A stretch of 64,000 nt of DNA from a virus (Duplodnaviria > Caudoviricetes), in the IMG/VR virus record IMGVR_UViG_3300015607_000582, positions 78,929 through 142,928 of that record. One strand, given 5' to 3'. The notes beneath the pieces are model-generated. The model was not told the DNA's origin, did not search any database, and saw nothing but the letters and a program-made list of their open reading frames with translations. The first letter of the stretch is position 1. Every line of letters begins with the position of its first letter. The position numbers were made by a program, and so were the translations under genes. Of this stretch, positions 27,506-36,706 are shown piece after piece.

Positions 27506-27867
27506 GCGTACCTCGGATCCATGAAGTGGTCGAGCGTGGTGACGATCAGGTCGATGTGTCCGTCTCGGTCGGCCAGCGGGTGAGCCGGGTCAGCGATGAT
27601 GCGGAGAGCCATCAGCGGCTCCTTACCCTCGCTCCACGCCTCGTCGGTGATCTTGGCGAGATCCTCCATGGAGATGGAGATGGACTTGGCGGGCTTGTCG
27701 TACTGGCCGCGCACCTTGCACTCGATCAGGTACTGGTGGTTGCGCACGTCGCCCTGATCGGAGACCGCAGCCCCCGACGACGGCGAACGCTTCGCACTCG
27801 GGAACCGCGAGGCAACGTACTCCTCCTGCCGAACGGAGCGATCCTTGCTGCTGCCGCGAGCCGCCAT
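27502..27867 (-). CDS. Hjc-like PD-(D/E)XK resolvase/endonuclease
   Basis: QEEYVA..PSSGA..GDV..LIECK. Confidence 0.8.
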   Translation of the reverse strand: MAARGSSKDRSVRQEEYVASRFPSAKRSPSSGAAVSDQGDVRNHQYLIECKVRGQYDKPAKSISISMEDLAKITDEAWSEGKEPLMALRIIADPAHPLADRDGHIDLIVTTLDHFMDPRYA

Positions 27868-27990
27868 CTACTCGCCCCTCTCGCAGTCGACGCAGCGAAC
27901 CCAGAACGTGTCGCGATCCTGTCGCGACCACAGGACGAGCGCCAGCGTGACGCCGACGAACACCCCTGCGAGGAATGCGAGGACGATCAT
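27868..27990 (-). CDS. Small membrane protein
   Basis: MIVLAFLAGVFVGVTLALVLW, one TM segment plus CxxC. Fills the gap between recA and the resolvase. Confidence 0.55.
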   Translation of the reverse strand: MIVLAFLAGVFVGVTLALVLWSRQDRDTFWVRCVDCERGE

Positions 27991-29090
27991 TCGCCGACCT
28001 CCACTTCGTCGGCCGAGATCGGGTCGACGTTCTCGACCGGGCCGTAGGCGGTCTCCATCGCGTCCATGATCCCTGCCCGGATGAGGTCGTAGACCATCGG
28101 CTTCTCGGCGATGTGCGCCGCGACGCCCTTGACGCCCTGCACCTTCACGCCGTCGGGGAGCGTGTAGTACGCGCCGCCGCGCTTGATGATGCCGGAGCGC
28201 ATGCCCGTGTTGATGACGTCGGCGACGGTGTCGACGCCGAAGGGGTAGTCGTCCGTCTCCATGTAGTACATGTCGTAGAGCGCCTTGCGACCCGAGCCCT
28301 CGGAGAGCTTGTTGCGCAGGATGTGCGCGATGATCGGCCGACCGATCTCGACGTCGGTTCCGGCGATCTTGGTCTTGAAGGGCGTGCCGCCGACCTTGAG
28401 GTGGACGATCATCGCCTCCATGTGCTCGATAGCGCGACCGCCCGGCTGCTTCACTGCCCCGGCGTAGCGCGCGTTCATGTCGTCGCGCTGCTGGTTGAGC
28501 ATGACCAGCGCCGTGTTGGTGTGGTAGGCGGCCGGGACGCACATCTTCATGCCCCATGTGATGAGACCCGCCTGACCGCCAGTGCGGGCCTTGGCGTCGG
28601 TGCCGATCTCGCTCTCGCCGAGCAGGGCACCAATCGAGTCGAAGATGACCAGCCCGACCTCGGCCTCGATGCAGCGGTACATCATCTGGAACGCCTCCTC
28701 GCCCGTCTTGGGGAAGGCGACGAGGAGGTTGTCGACGTCGACGCCGTGCTTGGCCGCCCACGAGGGGTCGAAGCTCGTCTCGACAGCGAGCCAGACGGCG
28801 TCGAGCTTCTGGTTCTGGGCGTTGGCGACGATGCGGTTCGCCAGCACGCTCTTGCCGATGTCGCGGTGGCCGAAGATGCCGGTCGCATGGCCGCGCGGGA
28901 TGCCGCCGATGCCGGTCTCGTAGTCGAGGGCGAGGATGCCCGTCGGGATGACGTCGAGCGGAGGCTTCTCGCTGCCGAGCACGGCGGCGCGGGGTCCGTA
29001 CGCCTTCTGCAGCTCCTGCCCGAGCGAGTGCATCCGCACGGGCTTGACGGGCTTGGTCTTGTTCGCGTTGAGCTTGATCGGCTTGCTCAT
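27987..29090 (-). CDS. recA: RecA-like recombinase
   Basis: IPTGILALD..GIGGIPRG, Walker A GHRDIGKS, VIFDSI, LNQQR, PGGRA. Confidence 0.93.
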   Translation of the reverse strand: MSKPIKLNANKTKPVKPVRMHSLGQELQKAYGPRAAVLGSEKPPLDVIPTGILALDYETGIGGIPRGHATGIFGHRDIGKSVLANRIVANAQNQKLDAVWLAVETSFDPSWAAKHGVDVDNLLVAFPKTGEEAFQMMYRCIEAEVGLVIFDSIGALLGESEIGTDAKARTGGQAGLITWGMKMCVPAAYHTNTALVMLNQQRDDMNARYAGAVKQPGGRAIEHMEAMIVHLKVGGTPFKTKIAGTDVEIGRPIIAHILRNKLSEGSGRKALYDMYYMETDDYPFGVDTVADVINTGMRSGIIKRGGAYYTLPDGVKVQGVKGVAAHIAEKPMVYDLIRAGIMDAMETAYGPVENVDPISADEVEVGE

Positions 29091-32000
29091 GTCAGTCGTT
29101 CCCCTCCTGCGAGCGTCAGCCCGCGATCCTTCACCTCGATGTCGAACAGGCCGAGCACTCCGGGCTTGAGGAGGTGCGACTTGTTCGCCTTCCAGACGCC
29201 GGGCCATGCCGCCGCCTGAATCCGTGATCCGTTCCACTCGACGGTGACGCGAGCCCACTGCTCTCCGGCGTTGTAGCCGCCCTCCTTGAGGGTGCGCTTG
29301 TCCACCTCGGCAACGACGCCGTAGCAGCGCATGCGCTCGCCGGTCTCGGCGAGCTGCACGTCGCCGACGGTGACGCAACCGTCGACCCGCTCGGCGTTGT
29401 CGAGCAGGATGTCCGAGTAGAGGTCCTGAAAGACGATGCCGGTCAGCTCCTGCTCGAACTCGGCCCGGCGGTGCTTGTCGCACTGCACGACCACGTCCTT
29501 CTTGACGGTCTTCGAGGGGTCACGCACCTGCGGCACGTCCTGCTTCTCGCAGTACCAGTATTCGCCCTCGTAGAGGCCGTCGAACGCACCCGCGTTGAGT
29601 AAGGCGTTGAGGGCACCACGCGAGCAGAGCTGCTTCGGCGACTTCTCCGGGCGCTCGGCGGCGGGCAGCTTGAGGTGAGCCTTGTTCTGGGCTTCGAGCT
29701 TCGCGAGCAGATCCTCGAAGCTCTCGAACGGGCGATTGGCGATGATCCACTCGGCCGCCGTCTCGTTGACGCCCTTGACGGTGGACAGCCCGAACAGGAT
29801 GTCGTCATCGACCTTCGACGTGATGACACCAGAGCGGTTGATGTCCGGCCCGAGCACGGTGACGCCCATGCGCCGACCCTCGTTGACGTAGTCGCCGACG
29901 CGCTCGGTGAGGCTCCGCTTGGTGGTGCCCTTGGCCGTCAGGATCGACGCGAGGATGAACTCGGTCGGGTAGTGGTACTTCATCCACATCGTCCAGAGCA
30001 GCACCTTGCCGTACGAGATGGCGTGCGACTTGTTGAAGCTGTACTTGGAGAAGTCGACGATCTCGTTCCAGATGACCTCGGCCTGCTCCTCAGAGATGCC
30101 AGCGTCCTGCGCTCGCTGCAGGTATCGCGGATGCTCCGCGTGCATCTGCTTGACCTTTTTCTTGCCGAGGATCGAGCGCATGTCGTCGGCCTCGCTCAGC
30201 GTGTAGCCGATGGCGCGGAAGTAGGCCAGCACGGACTCCTGATACAGGAAGTCACCGTACGTCTCGTTCAGGATCGGTTCGAGGATCTCGTGCTGGTACC
30301 TGACCGGGGCCTCACCGGAGCGGCGCTCGAAGTAGCGGTCGACCATGCCCGAGCGGAGCGGGCCCGGACGGTTCAGCGCGACGATTGCGCCGAGGTCTTC
30401 GAGGGAGCGCGCCTCCATGTCCTTGGCGATGCGGCGTGCGGCGTTGCCGTCCTCGATCTGGAACAGCCCGAGCGTCATCTTGAGGTCGAGCAGCTCGTAC
30501 ATCTCGTCGGGCTGGTCGTCCCAGTCGATGTCCCGCTTGAAGATGTCGTTGGGGTTGCGGCCCGCCAGCTCGGGAACGAGGGCGACCGCCTCCATCAGCG
30601 TGTCGAGGTTCCGCAGGCCGAGCAGGTCGAGCTTGAGGAAGCCGAGCGCCTCGACCTCCTTCATCTCGATCTGCGTCACGAGCTTCTTGACCCCGGCAGT
30701 CTTGTCCTCGACGAGGCGACCGGGCAGCAACCCCGTCAGCGGCTCGTCGGAGAGGATCACGGCGGAGGCGTGGACGCCGTAGCTCGCCAGTCGCCCGGTG
30801 AGCCACTCGGCGGCCTCGAACAGCTCCGGGTACTCCTCGATGTACGGAGCCAGCTCGTCCTTGAGCGCCGTGTAGATGCCCTCGGCGATGACCGCACCGT
30901 CATCGTTGATGACGTCGTGCCACTCCGGCTGCTTGCCCGCATCCTCCAGCGTCTCGATGAGCTTCTTGATGCGCTCGGCAGCGGCGTAGTATTCGCTCCC
31001 CACGACGAGGTTCTTGGGACGCCCGGTCGCCCGGTCGTACTCGATCTCGCCGTACACGGGCTTGAGCGCCTTGTCGATGGCCGACTTGGGCTGCATCCGG
31101 ATGTGCGTGCCGATGTCTCGAACGTGATCGTGGCCCCAGCGGCGGGCGAGGTACTCCTTCGCCTCGCCTCGGAACTTCTGGGGGATGTCGTTGTCGATGT
31201 CCGGCAGGCCGTCGGCGCGACCGGGGTTCCAGAACCGCTCGAAGAACAGGTTGTACTTGATCGGGTCGATGTCGGTGATCCCGAGCGAGTAGGCGAGGAT
31301 CGAGCCAGCGGCGGAGCCACGACCGGGCCCGGTCAGGATCCCCTGACGGTGGCACCAGTTGATGAGGTCCCATGTGATGAGGAAGTAGTCCTCCAGACCT
31401 CGCTCGCCCTTGCCGAACGCCTCGGTGATCGCGCGGAACTCGAACTCGGCGCGCTCGACGACCTCGTCGGGCAGATCGCCATTCTCGTCGCCGTACCGCT
31501 CGACCAGCCCCTCCTCCATCAGCTCCAGCAGGAGGGCCCTGTTGTTCGGCACCTCGCGGGCGACCTCGTCGGCCTGCGTGAACTTCGGGAGGTGCAGCTT
31601 CCGCTCCATCGGCGTGATGTCGCGGCACAGCTCCATGACGTTGAGCGTGTTCGCCATGCTCTCGGCGACGCGATCCTCGCCGAGGTACGAGAGCGCACTG
31701 GCCATGGAGCTGCCGTCCATGATCCAGAGGTCTGGCGGATGGTGGCGCATCGCCCCGGTCACGGGGCTCTTCCAGCCATACCCCTCGCTGGTGCCGGGAG
31801 GCCCCATCTGCGCCGTCAGCAGAGTCTCGTGGTTGAAGTAGTCCTCCTGACAGGCGTAGTGCGCGTCGCTCACGGCGAGCGTCGGAATCCCGCGCTCCTG
31901 CGCGATGGACACCAGAGCCTCGTTCAGGTCACGCTGCTCCTGCGTCCGGTAGGCGTGCAGCTCGATGTAGAAGCGGTCGCCGAAGATGCGCAGGTAGCGG

Positions 32001-32536
32001 TTGAGCGCGTCAGTGTCGTCGCCCTTGACACCCTTCGCCACGAGCCCCGCCATGCACGCGCTGGTGCAGATCAGGCCCTCGTTGTACTTCTCCAGCAGCT
32101 CCCAGTCGAGACGGGGCTGCGGGAACGGGTAGTCGCTCTTGGGGTCGTTCGCCGCCTGCGTGAGGATCTTGAGGTTGCGGGCCCCGACGTCATTCTGGGC
32201 CAGCAGGACGAGGTGGTAGGCGTCGCGCGGATGCGTCAGTCGCCGCTGCGTCCGCCCCGTCTCCGCGTTGGTGATCTCGCGGTAGTAGCTCTCGGGCCGC
32301 TGGTACCGATGCACCTCGGCCTGATACGCCTCCATGCCGCGACCGGCGAAGAGCCCACGCTTGTTCATCGCCTTCGCGAATGGCTCCCACCCAGCCACGA
32401 GGCCGTGGTCGGTGACGAACGCGCCCGGCATCCCGATGCTCTCGATGTGAGCAGCGATCTCCTCGACCGTGCCAGCGCCGTCGAGGGCACTGAACTCGGA
32501 GTGGAGATGCGTAGGACAATACACGCTATCGCACAT
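29087..32536 (-). CDS. dnaE: DNA polymerase III alpha subunit (DnaE-like)
   Basis: PHP HLHSEFSALDG/TDHG, GPGRGSAAGS, PDID, HASAV, KLDLLGL, YSFNKSHA. Start ATG 32536. Confidence 0.97.
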   Translation of the reverse strand: MCDSVYCPTHLHSEFSALDGAGTVEEIAAHIESIGMPGAFVTDHGLVAGWEPFAKAMNKRGLFAGRGMEAYQAEVHRYQRPESYYREITNAETGRTQRRLTHPRDAYHLVLLAQNDVGARNLKILTQAANDPKSDYPFPQPRLDWELLEKYNEGLICTSACMAGLVAKGVKGDDTDALNRYLRIFGDRFYIELHAYRTQEQRDLNEALVSIAQERGIPTLAVSDAHYACQEDYFNHETLLTAQMGPPGTSEGYGWKSPVTGAMRHHPPDLWIMDGSSMASALSYLGEDRVAESMANTLNVMELCRDITPMERKLHLPKFTQADEVAREVPNNRALLLELMEEGLVERYGDENGDLPDEVVERAEFEFRAITEAFGKGERGLEDYFLITWDLINWCHRQGILTGPGRGSAAGSILAYSLGITDIDPIKYNLFFERFWNPGRADGLPDIDNDIPQKFRGEAKEYLARRWGHDHVRDIGTHIRMQPKSAIDKALKPVYGEIEYDRATGRPKNLVVGSEYYAAAERIKKLIETLEDAGKQPEWHDVINDDGAVIAEGIYTALKDELAPYIEEYPELFEAAEWLTGRLASYGVHASAVILSDEPLTGLLPGRLVEDKTAGVKKLVTQIEMKEVEALGFLKLDLLGLRNLDTLMEAVALVPELAGRNPNDIFKRDIDWDDQPDEMYELLDLKMTLGLFQIEDGNAARRIAKDMEARSLEDLGAIVALNRPGPLRSGMVDRYFERRSGEAPVRYQHEILEPILNETYGDFLYQESVLAYFRAIGYTLSEADDMRSILGKKKVKQMHAEHPRYLQRAQDAGISEEQAEVIWNEIVDFSKYSFNKSHAISYGKVLLWTMWMKYHYPTEFILASILTAKGTTKRSLTERVGDYVNEGRRMGVTVLGPDINRSGVITSKVDDDILFGLSTVKGVNETAAEWIIANRPFESFEDLLAKLEAQNKAHLKLPAAERPEKSPKQLCSRGALNALLNAGAFDGLYEGEYWYCEKQDVPQVRDPSKTVKKDVVVQCDKHRRAEFEQELTGIVFQDLYSDILLDNAERVDGCVTVGDVQLAETGERMRCYGVVAEVDKRTLKEGGYNAGEQWARVTVEWNGSRIQAAAWPGVWKANKSHLLKPGVLGLFDIEVKDRGLTLAGGERLT

Positions 32537-32541
32537 CGTTG

Positions 32542-33012
32542 TCAATACCTTCGCTGATTCGCATGGTGTGGCTGATGCGGACAGAAGCCGTGAATCCCGA
32601 TGGAGCAGTTGCAGTTCCAGCAGAGGATGCGGTATGCGTCTGGCCAACCTTCCTTCTTGATCTTGCGCAGCAGGGTGAGCCCAGTGACACGCTTGCCACT
32701 CGGCCAGCGGTGATGATCTGGAACTCCGTGGATGTGATCGAGAGTGAGGAAGTGCTCCTCGGTCTCGCCGCAGCACGCACACTGGCCACCGTAGGCTTCG
32801 AGCATCTCGGCCCGAAGGCGCAGTCGAGCCCTCGTGTTGCTGTTCGCGTTCTGGCGACTGACCTTCTCCCGATTCCCCTTGCGCCAGCGCCTCGTGTACT
32901 CGCTGTTGCAGAGCTTGCAGTACGACTGCCGGTAGCCCTTCGCCTTGTTCGTGAAGTGGAAGTCATCGACCGACTTCTCCTTCTCGCACATCTTGCAGAC
33001 CTTGGTCGCCAC
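32542..33012 (-). CDS. Free-standing HNH homing endonuclease
   Basis: N-terminal CKMC..F...CKLC. YGGQCACCGE..FLTLDHI..YRILCWNCN. GGAGAGG RBS plus GTG. Confidence 0.88.
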   Translation of the reverse strand: MATKVCKMCEKEKSVDDFHFTNKAKGYRQSYCKLCNSEYTRRWRKGNREKVSRQNANSNTRARLRLRAEMLEAYGGQCACCGETEEHFLTLDHIHGVPDHHRWPSGKRVTGLTLLRKIKKEGWPDAYRILCWNCNCSIGIHGFCPHQPHHANQRRY

Positions 33013-33037
33013 TGCCCTCTCCCATCGCATTGTTGAA

Positions 33038-33050
33038 CTCACCACTTAGG
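33038..33050 (-). promoter_or_regulatory. Class B promoter inside a hairpin upstream of the HNH gene
   Basis: TGTTGAACT-cctt-CACC-CTAAGT-GGTG-AGTTCAACA, containing CCTAA-GTGG-TGAG. Confidence 0.6.
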
Positions 33051-33055
33051 GTGAA

Positions 33056-33097
33056 GGAGTTCAACATGGAGGTTGCGCAGTATGAAGTGTCACACAT
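33056..33097 (-). pseudogene. Remnant duplicate of the dnaE 5' end
   Basis: GAGGA RBS plus MCDTSYCAT, then LHVEL after a frameshift, versus functional MCDSVYCPTHLHSEF. Confidence 0.6.
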
Positions 33098-33119
33098 GGG
33101 GTTGGTTTCCTCGAATGGC

Positions 33120-33180
33120 GAACGCGGGGCCGACGTGGTCGGTGTGGGCGGGACGTGCTTGCCACGCCGACCCCGCGCTC
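33120..33180 (-). promoter_or_regulatory. RNA stem-loop (19-bp stem, conserved loop) upstream of the ancestral dnaE start
   Basis: GAGCGCGGGGTCGGCGTGG / CCACGTCGGCCCCGCGTTC with 3 G-U pairs. Loop CAAGCAC-N8-CACACCGA is repeated at 39310-39333. Confidence 0.6.
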
Positions 33181-33206
33181 TGCACGAGCAGTAGGGGGAC
33201 TAGGTC

Positions 33207-34130
33207 CTACTGGTTGCCGGTCAGCTCGGCCTGCAGCTCCTCGAAGCGAGAACGCTTCTTGGGCTTCGCGGCCGGAGCCTCCGCCTTGGGCTCGGCGTCG
33301 TCGCCGTCCATGTCGTCCGCCACCTTCGCGCCGCCGGAGAACCGGCCCGCCGAGGAGCTGCTGCTCTTCGCAGAGGTCGACTTGGCGGAGCCGCCCTTCA
33401 TCTTCGCGTACTTGTTGAAGACGTGGTCCTCGGGCAGCGACTCGACGATCTCCCGCATGCGGTCCTCGGACGCCAGCTCCTCGACGTACGCTTCGAGGCG
33501 CTTCTCGGCCTCCTCGACGTTCTCGGGCATCTCGAACTCCTTGCCCGTGTACGCGATGGGAGCGTAGGTCGTGTTCTGGTCCTTGCCCTGACGGGTGATG
33601 CAGAAGACCTGATCCTCGATGGGACCGATCTCGTCCGCGAACGCCCGCAGGTTGGGGAAGAACGTCGAGGGCGACTCGATGACGAGGTAGATCGCGGGCT
33701 CGGTGACCTCCTCGGAGCCACCGTCCTCGGTCTTGCGGTTGAACGTGCGCTCCATCGGCTTGAACGAGACGATCTTGCCGCCCTTGAGCACCGGCTCCAT
33801 CTCGCAGACGATGGCGATGGAGCGGTTGCTGGGGCTGTAGCCCCGGTCGGCGAGCGGGTCGTACCCGGACGGGCCGTCGATGTTGGGATCGCGGCGGCTG
33901 ATGAAGTCGCGCCACATCGGCTTGTTGGTCTTCGGGTTCGTCCCGCAGTCCATCATCTTGTGGTAGAGGACGGTGGGGATGTCGTCCATTCCACTGAGGA
34001 AGAGCACGTAGTGCTTCTCGCCGTCGTCCTTCCAGCGCAGGTTGGGGACGAACGTCCCGCCCTTGCCGCCAGACGCAGCGGCCTTCTTCATCTCTTCTCC
34101 GCCCTTGCGGAGATTGGCGAACACAGCCAT
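33207..34130 (-). CDS. ssb: Single-stranded DNA-binding protein (gp32-like)
   Basis: Position between primase and dnaE. ITRQGKDQNTTY motif. Low-complexity acidic tail. Confidence 0.75.
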   Translation of the reverse strand: MAVFANLRKGGEEMKKAAASGGKGGTFVPNLRWKDDGEKHYVLFLSGMDDIPTVLYHKMMDCGTNPKTNKPMWRDFISRRDPNIDGPSGYDPLADRGYSPSNRSIAIVCEMEPVLKGGKIVSFKPMERTFNRKTEDGGSEEVTEPAIYLVIESPSTFFPNLRAFADEIGPIEDQVFCITRQGKDQNTTYAPIAYTGKEFEMPENVEEAEKRLEAYVEELASEDRMREIVESLPEDHVFNKYAKMKGGSAKSTSAKSSSSSAGRFSGGAKVADDMDGDDAEPKAEAPAAKPKKRSRFEELQAELTGNQ

Positions 34131-34189
34131 TTCACGACTCCTTGGTCTACTGAGCTGATGCACAGTCCCTTGTGGACCGCGCATGACCA

Positions 34190-34215
34190 AGGATACTGGC
34201 CGCGTCGGACGAACC
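34190..34215 (-). promoter_or_regulatory. Class A (putative middle) promoter
   Basis: GGTTCGTCCGAC-N8-TATCCT ahead of ssb. Confidence 0.75.
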
Positions 34216-34219
34216 TTCG

Positions 34220-34393
34220 TCAGTCGCAGTCGCCGCAGGGCTCCGAGCACCCGCAGGGGCGTCCAGCCTTGCTGGTCTTGCTGATCGTGTCGAGCTTCGC
34301 GGCCAGCTTGTTCAGCTTGGCGTTGTCGGCGGGCTTGACCGCCTTCGGCTTCTCGGTGATCGCGAACTTGCGGAAGGACATCGTGAACTCCAT
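34220..34393 (-). CDS. Small basic protein with Cys-rich C-terminus
   Basis: Downstream of class B motif. Ends CGCSEPCGDCD. Confidence 0.6.
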   Translation of the reverse strand: MEFTMSFRKFAITEKPKAVKPADNAKLNKLAAKLDTISKTSKAGRPCGCSEPCGDCD

Positions 34394-34402
34394 GCCGGGG
34401 GA

Positions 34403-34415
34403 TTCACCCATTAGG
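34403..34415 (-). promoter_or_regulatory. Class B (putative late) promoter
   Basis: CCTAA-TGGG-TGAA overlapping the primase TAA stop. Confidence 0.6.
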
Positions 34416-35472
34416 GGTGAGCGGCGGAGTACATGATGGACGGCGTGACCCGGCGCAGGGCCGCCTCAAGCTGGTCGTCATCGCAGTCGCCGAGGTCTGC
34501 CTTCTCCGCGTGCCGGGGTGGGGGAACGACCCAGAGGGCCGTGTGATGTTCGAGCGCATCCGTGATGGTCTTGACGGCCTTGTGGCCCGCCTTGTCGTTG
34601 TCGTAGCTCAGCCACAGCTCGCGCATCTTGCGCAGGAGCTTGAGCTGCCCCGGTGACACCATCGCGCCGTACGTCGCGACCGCCGGAAGCCCAGCCGTCA
34701 GCAGCCGCGCGACCGACATCGGCGACTCGACCACGAGCGTCGGCCTGTCGAGCACCAGCACCGCCGAGTTGTACACGGTCGACTCCCTCGGGAAGTCGGT
34801 CGTGTTGGTGTACTTGGGCACCCAGCTCGGGACGTCGTCGCCGAGCCACCGCTCCTGCCACCCGACGCACTGGTCGTCGACGAAGACGGGGATGATGAGC
34901 GCCGGGCCGACATGGGAGCCGCGCTGGTGCTCCGGATCGTAGCCGAGCTTGAGGTGGCGGCACACGTCGCGGCCGATGAACCGATTCCGCCCGTCAAGGT
35001 GCAGCTCGCCGTCACAGAACAGGTGCTCGCTCGACATGAGATTGTTGCACCACTCGTCGACCTTCGACTTCGGGTACCACGGCAGGACGGTCTCGTCCTT
35101 GGTTCGCCACGGTGTGTCCTCGACGGCGAGACGGCGATGCACCTGCTCAAGGAACCCGGCGTCGGTGCCGGGCGTGAAGTCGGAGAACTTGGCGAGCCAC
35201 TCGACGGCGAAATCGTAGTCGCAGTCGAGCACGCGCATGACGAGCTTGATCGGCGTGCCGCCGTACCCGCAGGTGAAGCACGACCAGACGAGGCGGTCGG
35301 TGTTGATCGAGAACGAGGGGTTGCTGTCGACGCCACCATGCTCTGGCAGCGGGCAGTGCGAGAACCACTCGTCACCACGGATGGTCGTGGCCTCGATCCC
35401 CAGCTCGTCGAGCACCTCCTCGATGCGGAGGGTCGCCGCGATCTCGGGCCAGTCGTCGCGCTCGTCAGACAC
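34411..35472 (-). CDS. dnaG: DNA primase (CHC2 Zn finger plus TOPRIM)
   Basis: CPLPEH..D.NPSFSIN..WSCFTC. PKYTN. VVES. YDNDKAG. Confidence 0.92.
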   Translation of the reverse strand: MSDERDDWPEIAATLRIEEVLDELGIEATTIRGDEWFSHCPLPEHGGVDSNPSFSINTDRLVWSCFTCGYGGTPIKLVMRVLDCDYDFAVEWLAKFSDFTPGTDAGFLEQVHRRLAVEDTPWRTKDETVLPWYPKSKVDEWCNNLMSSEHLFCDGELHLDGRNRFIGRDVCRHLKLGYDPEHQRGSHVGPALIIPVFVDDQCVGWQERWLGDDVPSWVPKYTNTTDFPRESTVYNSAVLVLDRPTLVVESPMSVARLLTAGLPAVATYGAMVSPGQLKLLRKMRELWLSYDNDKAGHKAVKTITDALEHHTALWVVPPPRHAEKADLGDCDDDQLEAALRRVTPSIMYSAAHP

Positions 35473-36706
35473 GCTCGATCCACTTCAAGTCGCCGCACAC
35501 GCCGATCTGGTTCGACACGAGGCCCCTGACGTTCTCGCTGACGCGGGAGGCGATGCTCCCCAGCTCGAACATGCGCGACTCGCGCATCTCCTTGTTGGCG
35601 TGGATGCCGAGCACGAGGTCGGATGCCTGACCGATGGCGTCCGTCAGGCCGATCTGCGCGAGGTCAGCCATCTCGGTCAGCCCGGACGCCTCGCGGTTGA
35701 ACTGCGCCGCCCAGAAGGTCGGCCAGTGCGCTGCGATGTAGTCCTTGATCTCGTAGACCGTGGCCGCGTCGCGCTGGTTCTTCTCCTTCGCGCTGGAGGT
35801 GGGTGTCAGGAAGCTGAACTGGTCGCCCAGCACGACGTCCGGATCCCACGCCTTGGCCCGCTCGGCGACGTGGCGGACGGTGCGCTCGTCGGGCTGCGGA
35901 TGGACGAAGCGAACCGTGCCCGACGCCTGCCGCAGCAGCTCGCCGATGGCGCGCATCTCGTCGATCTCCTCGCTGGTCAGACGCCCCTTGAAGAACTTGG
36001 TGTAGCTGACGCCAGCGACCATGCACTGGAACCGCCCGTACATCTCCTCCTCACGCAGCTCCATCGTCTCGAAGTGGACGCGGGCACCGGCAAGCATGTT
36101 CGCGACGGCCGACTTGAGGAGGATCCACGACTTGCCGGTCTTGGGGCGACCGCAGACGAACGTCATCGTGCCGGGACGCAGTCCGCCGGTCACCTCGTCG
36201 ATGTCGGGGAAGCCGAACGAGAAGCCGCGATGCGACCCGGCGAGGATCCGCTTGTTGTAGATCGAGATGGCCCGATCCCAGTCCGCGAGGTCGAGGACGC
36301 CAGTGTGGGAGGCGGTCTTGCGGGCGATGTCGCCGAACTGCTCCAGACCGAAGCGCACGGCCTCGTCAGGGTCGCTCACGGCGAGTGACGCGAGGCGACT
36401 GACGACCTCCTTGGCGCGGCTGCGCTGGTAGCGGTCGCGAAGCTGCTCGATGACCCACTCGACGGGGGTCGTGGGCTCCGCGAAGTGGCCGCCCAGCTCA
36501 TGGATGATCTGCGGGGCCGTCGGAGCCTTGCCGTGCTTCTCGATGTACTCGATCACGAACGGCAGCAGCTTCGCCGCGCCCTGCTCGTCCCGCAGCAGCA
36601 TCTCGGTGCCGATCTGCTCACGGTAGATGGCCATCGCCGAGTCGGGCACCGCGAGGTGCTCGATCAGCTCGTCCTCGATGTCGATGGGCTCGTCGATCAG
36701 CTCCAT
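35465..36706 (-). CDS. dnaB: Replicative DNA helicase DnaB-like
   Basis: GGLRPG..GRPKTGKS, TMEL, GDQ, AAQFNR, IGQASD. Confidence 0.92.
   Translation of the reverse strand: MELIDEPIDIEDELIEHLAVPDSAMAIYREQIGTEMLLRDEQGAAKLLPFVIEYIEKHGKAPTAPQIIHELGGHFAEPTTPVEWVIEQLRDRYQRSRAKEVVSRLASLAVSDPDEAVRFGLEQFGDIARKTASHTGVLDLADWDRAISIYNKRILAGSHRGFSFGFPDIDEVTGGLRPGTMTFVCGRPKTGKSWILLKSAVANMLAGARVHFETMELREEEMYGRFQCMVAGVSYTKFFKGRLTSEEIDEMRAIGELLRQASGTVRFVHPQPDERTVRHVAERAKAWDPDVVLGDQFSFLTPTSSAKEKNQRDAATVYEIKDYIAAHWPTFWAAQFNREASGLTEMADLAQIGLTDAIGQASDLVLGIHANKEMRESRMFELGSIASRVSENVRGLVSNQIGVCGDLKWIERV

Noticed and set aside
29087-32536. Intein in DnaE (also checked TerL, DnaB, RecA by eye)
   Set aside because: Motifs run continuously at normal spacing, with no C...HN junctions or LAGLIDADG blocks seen
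32537-32782. Long N-terminal extensions given by the ORF track (dnaE, terL, recA, ruvC and others)
   Set aside because: They overlap upstream genes. True starts were placed at RBS-supported, stop-coupled codons
32537-33097. Group I intron around the HNH
   Set aside because: Too little non-coding sequence for a ribozyme core, and dnaE has its own complete start and RBS downstream
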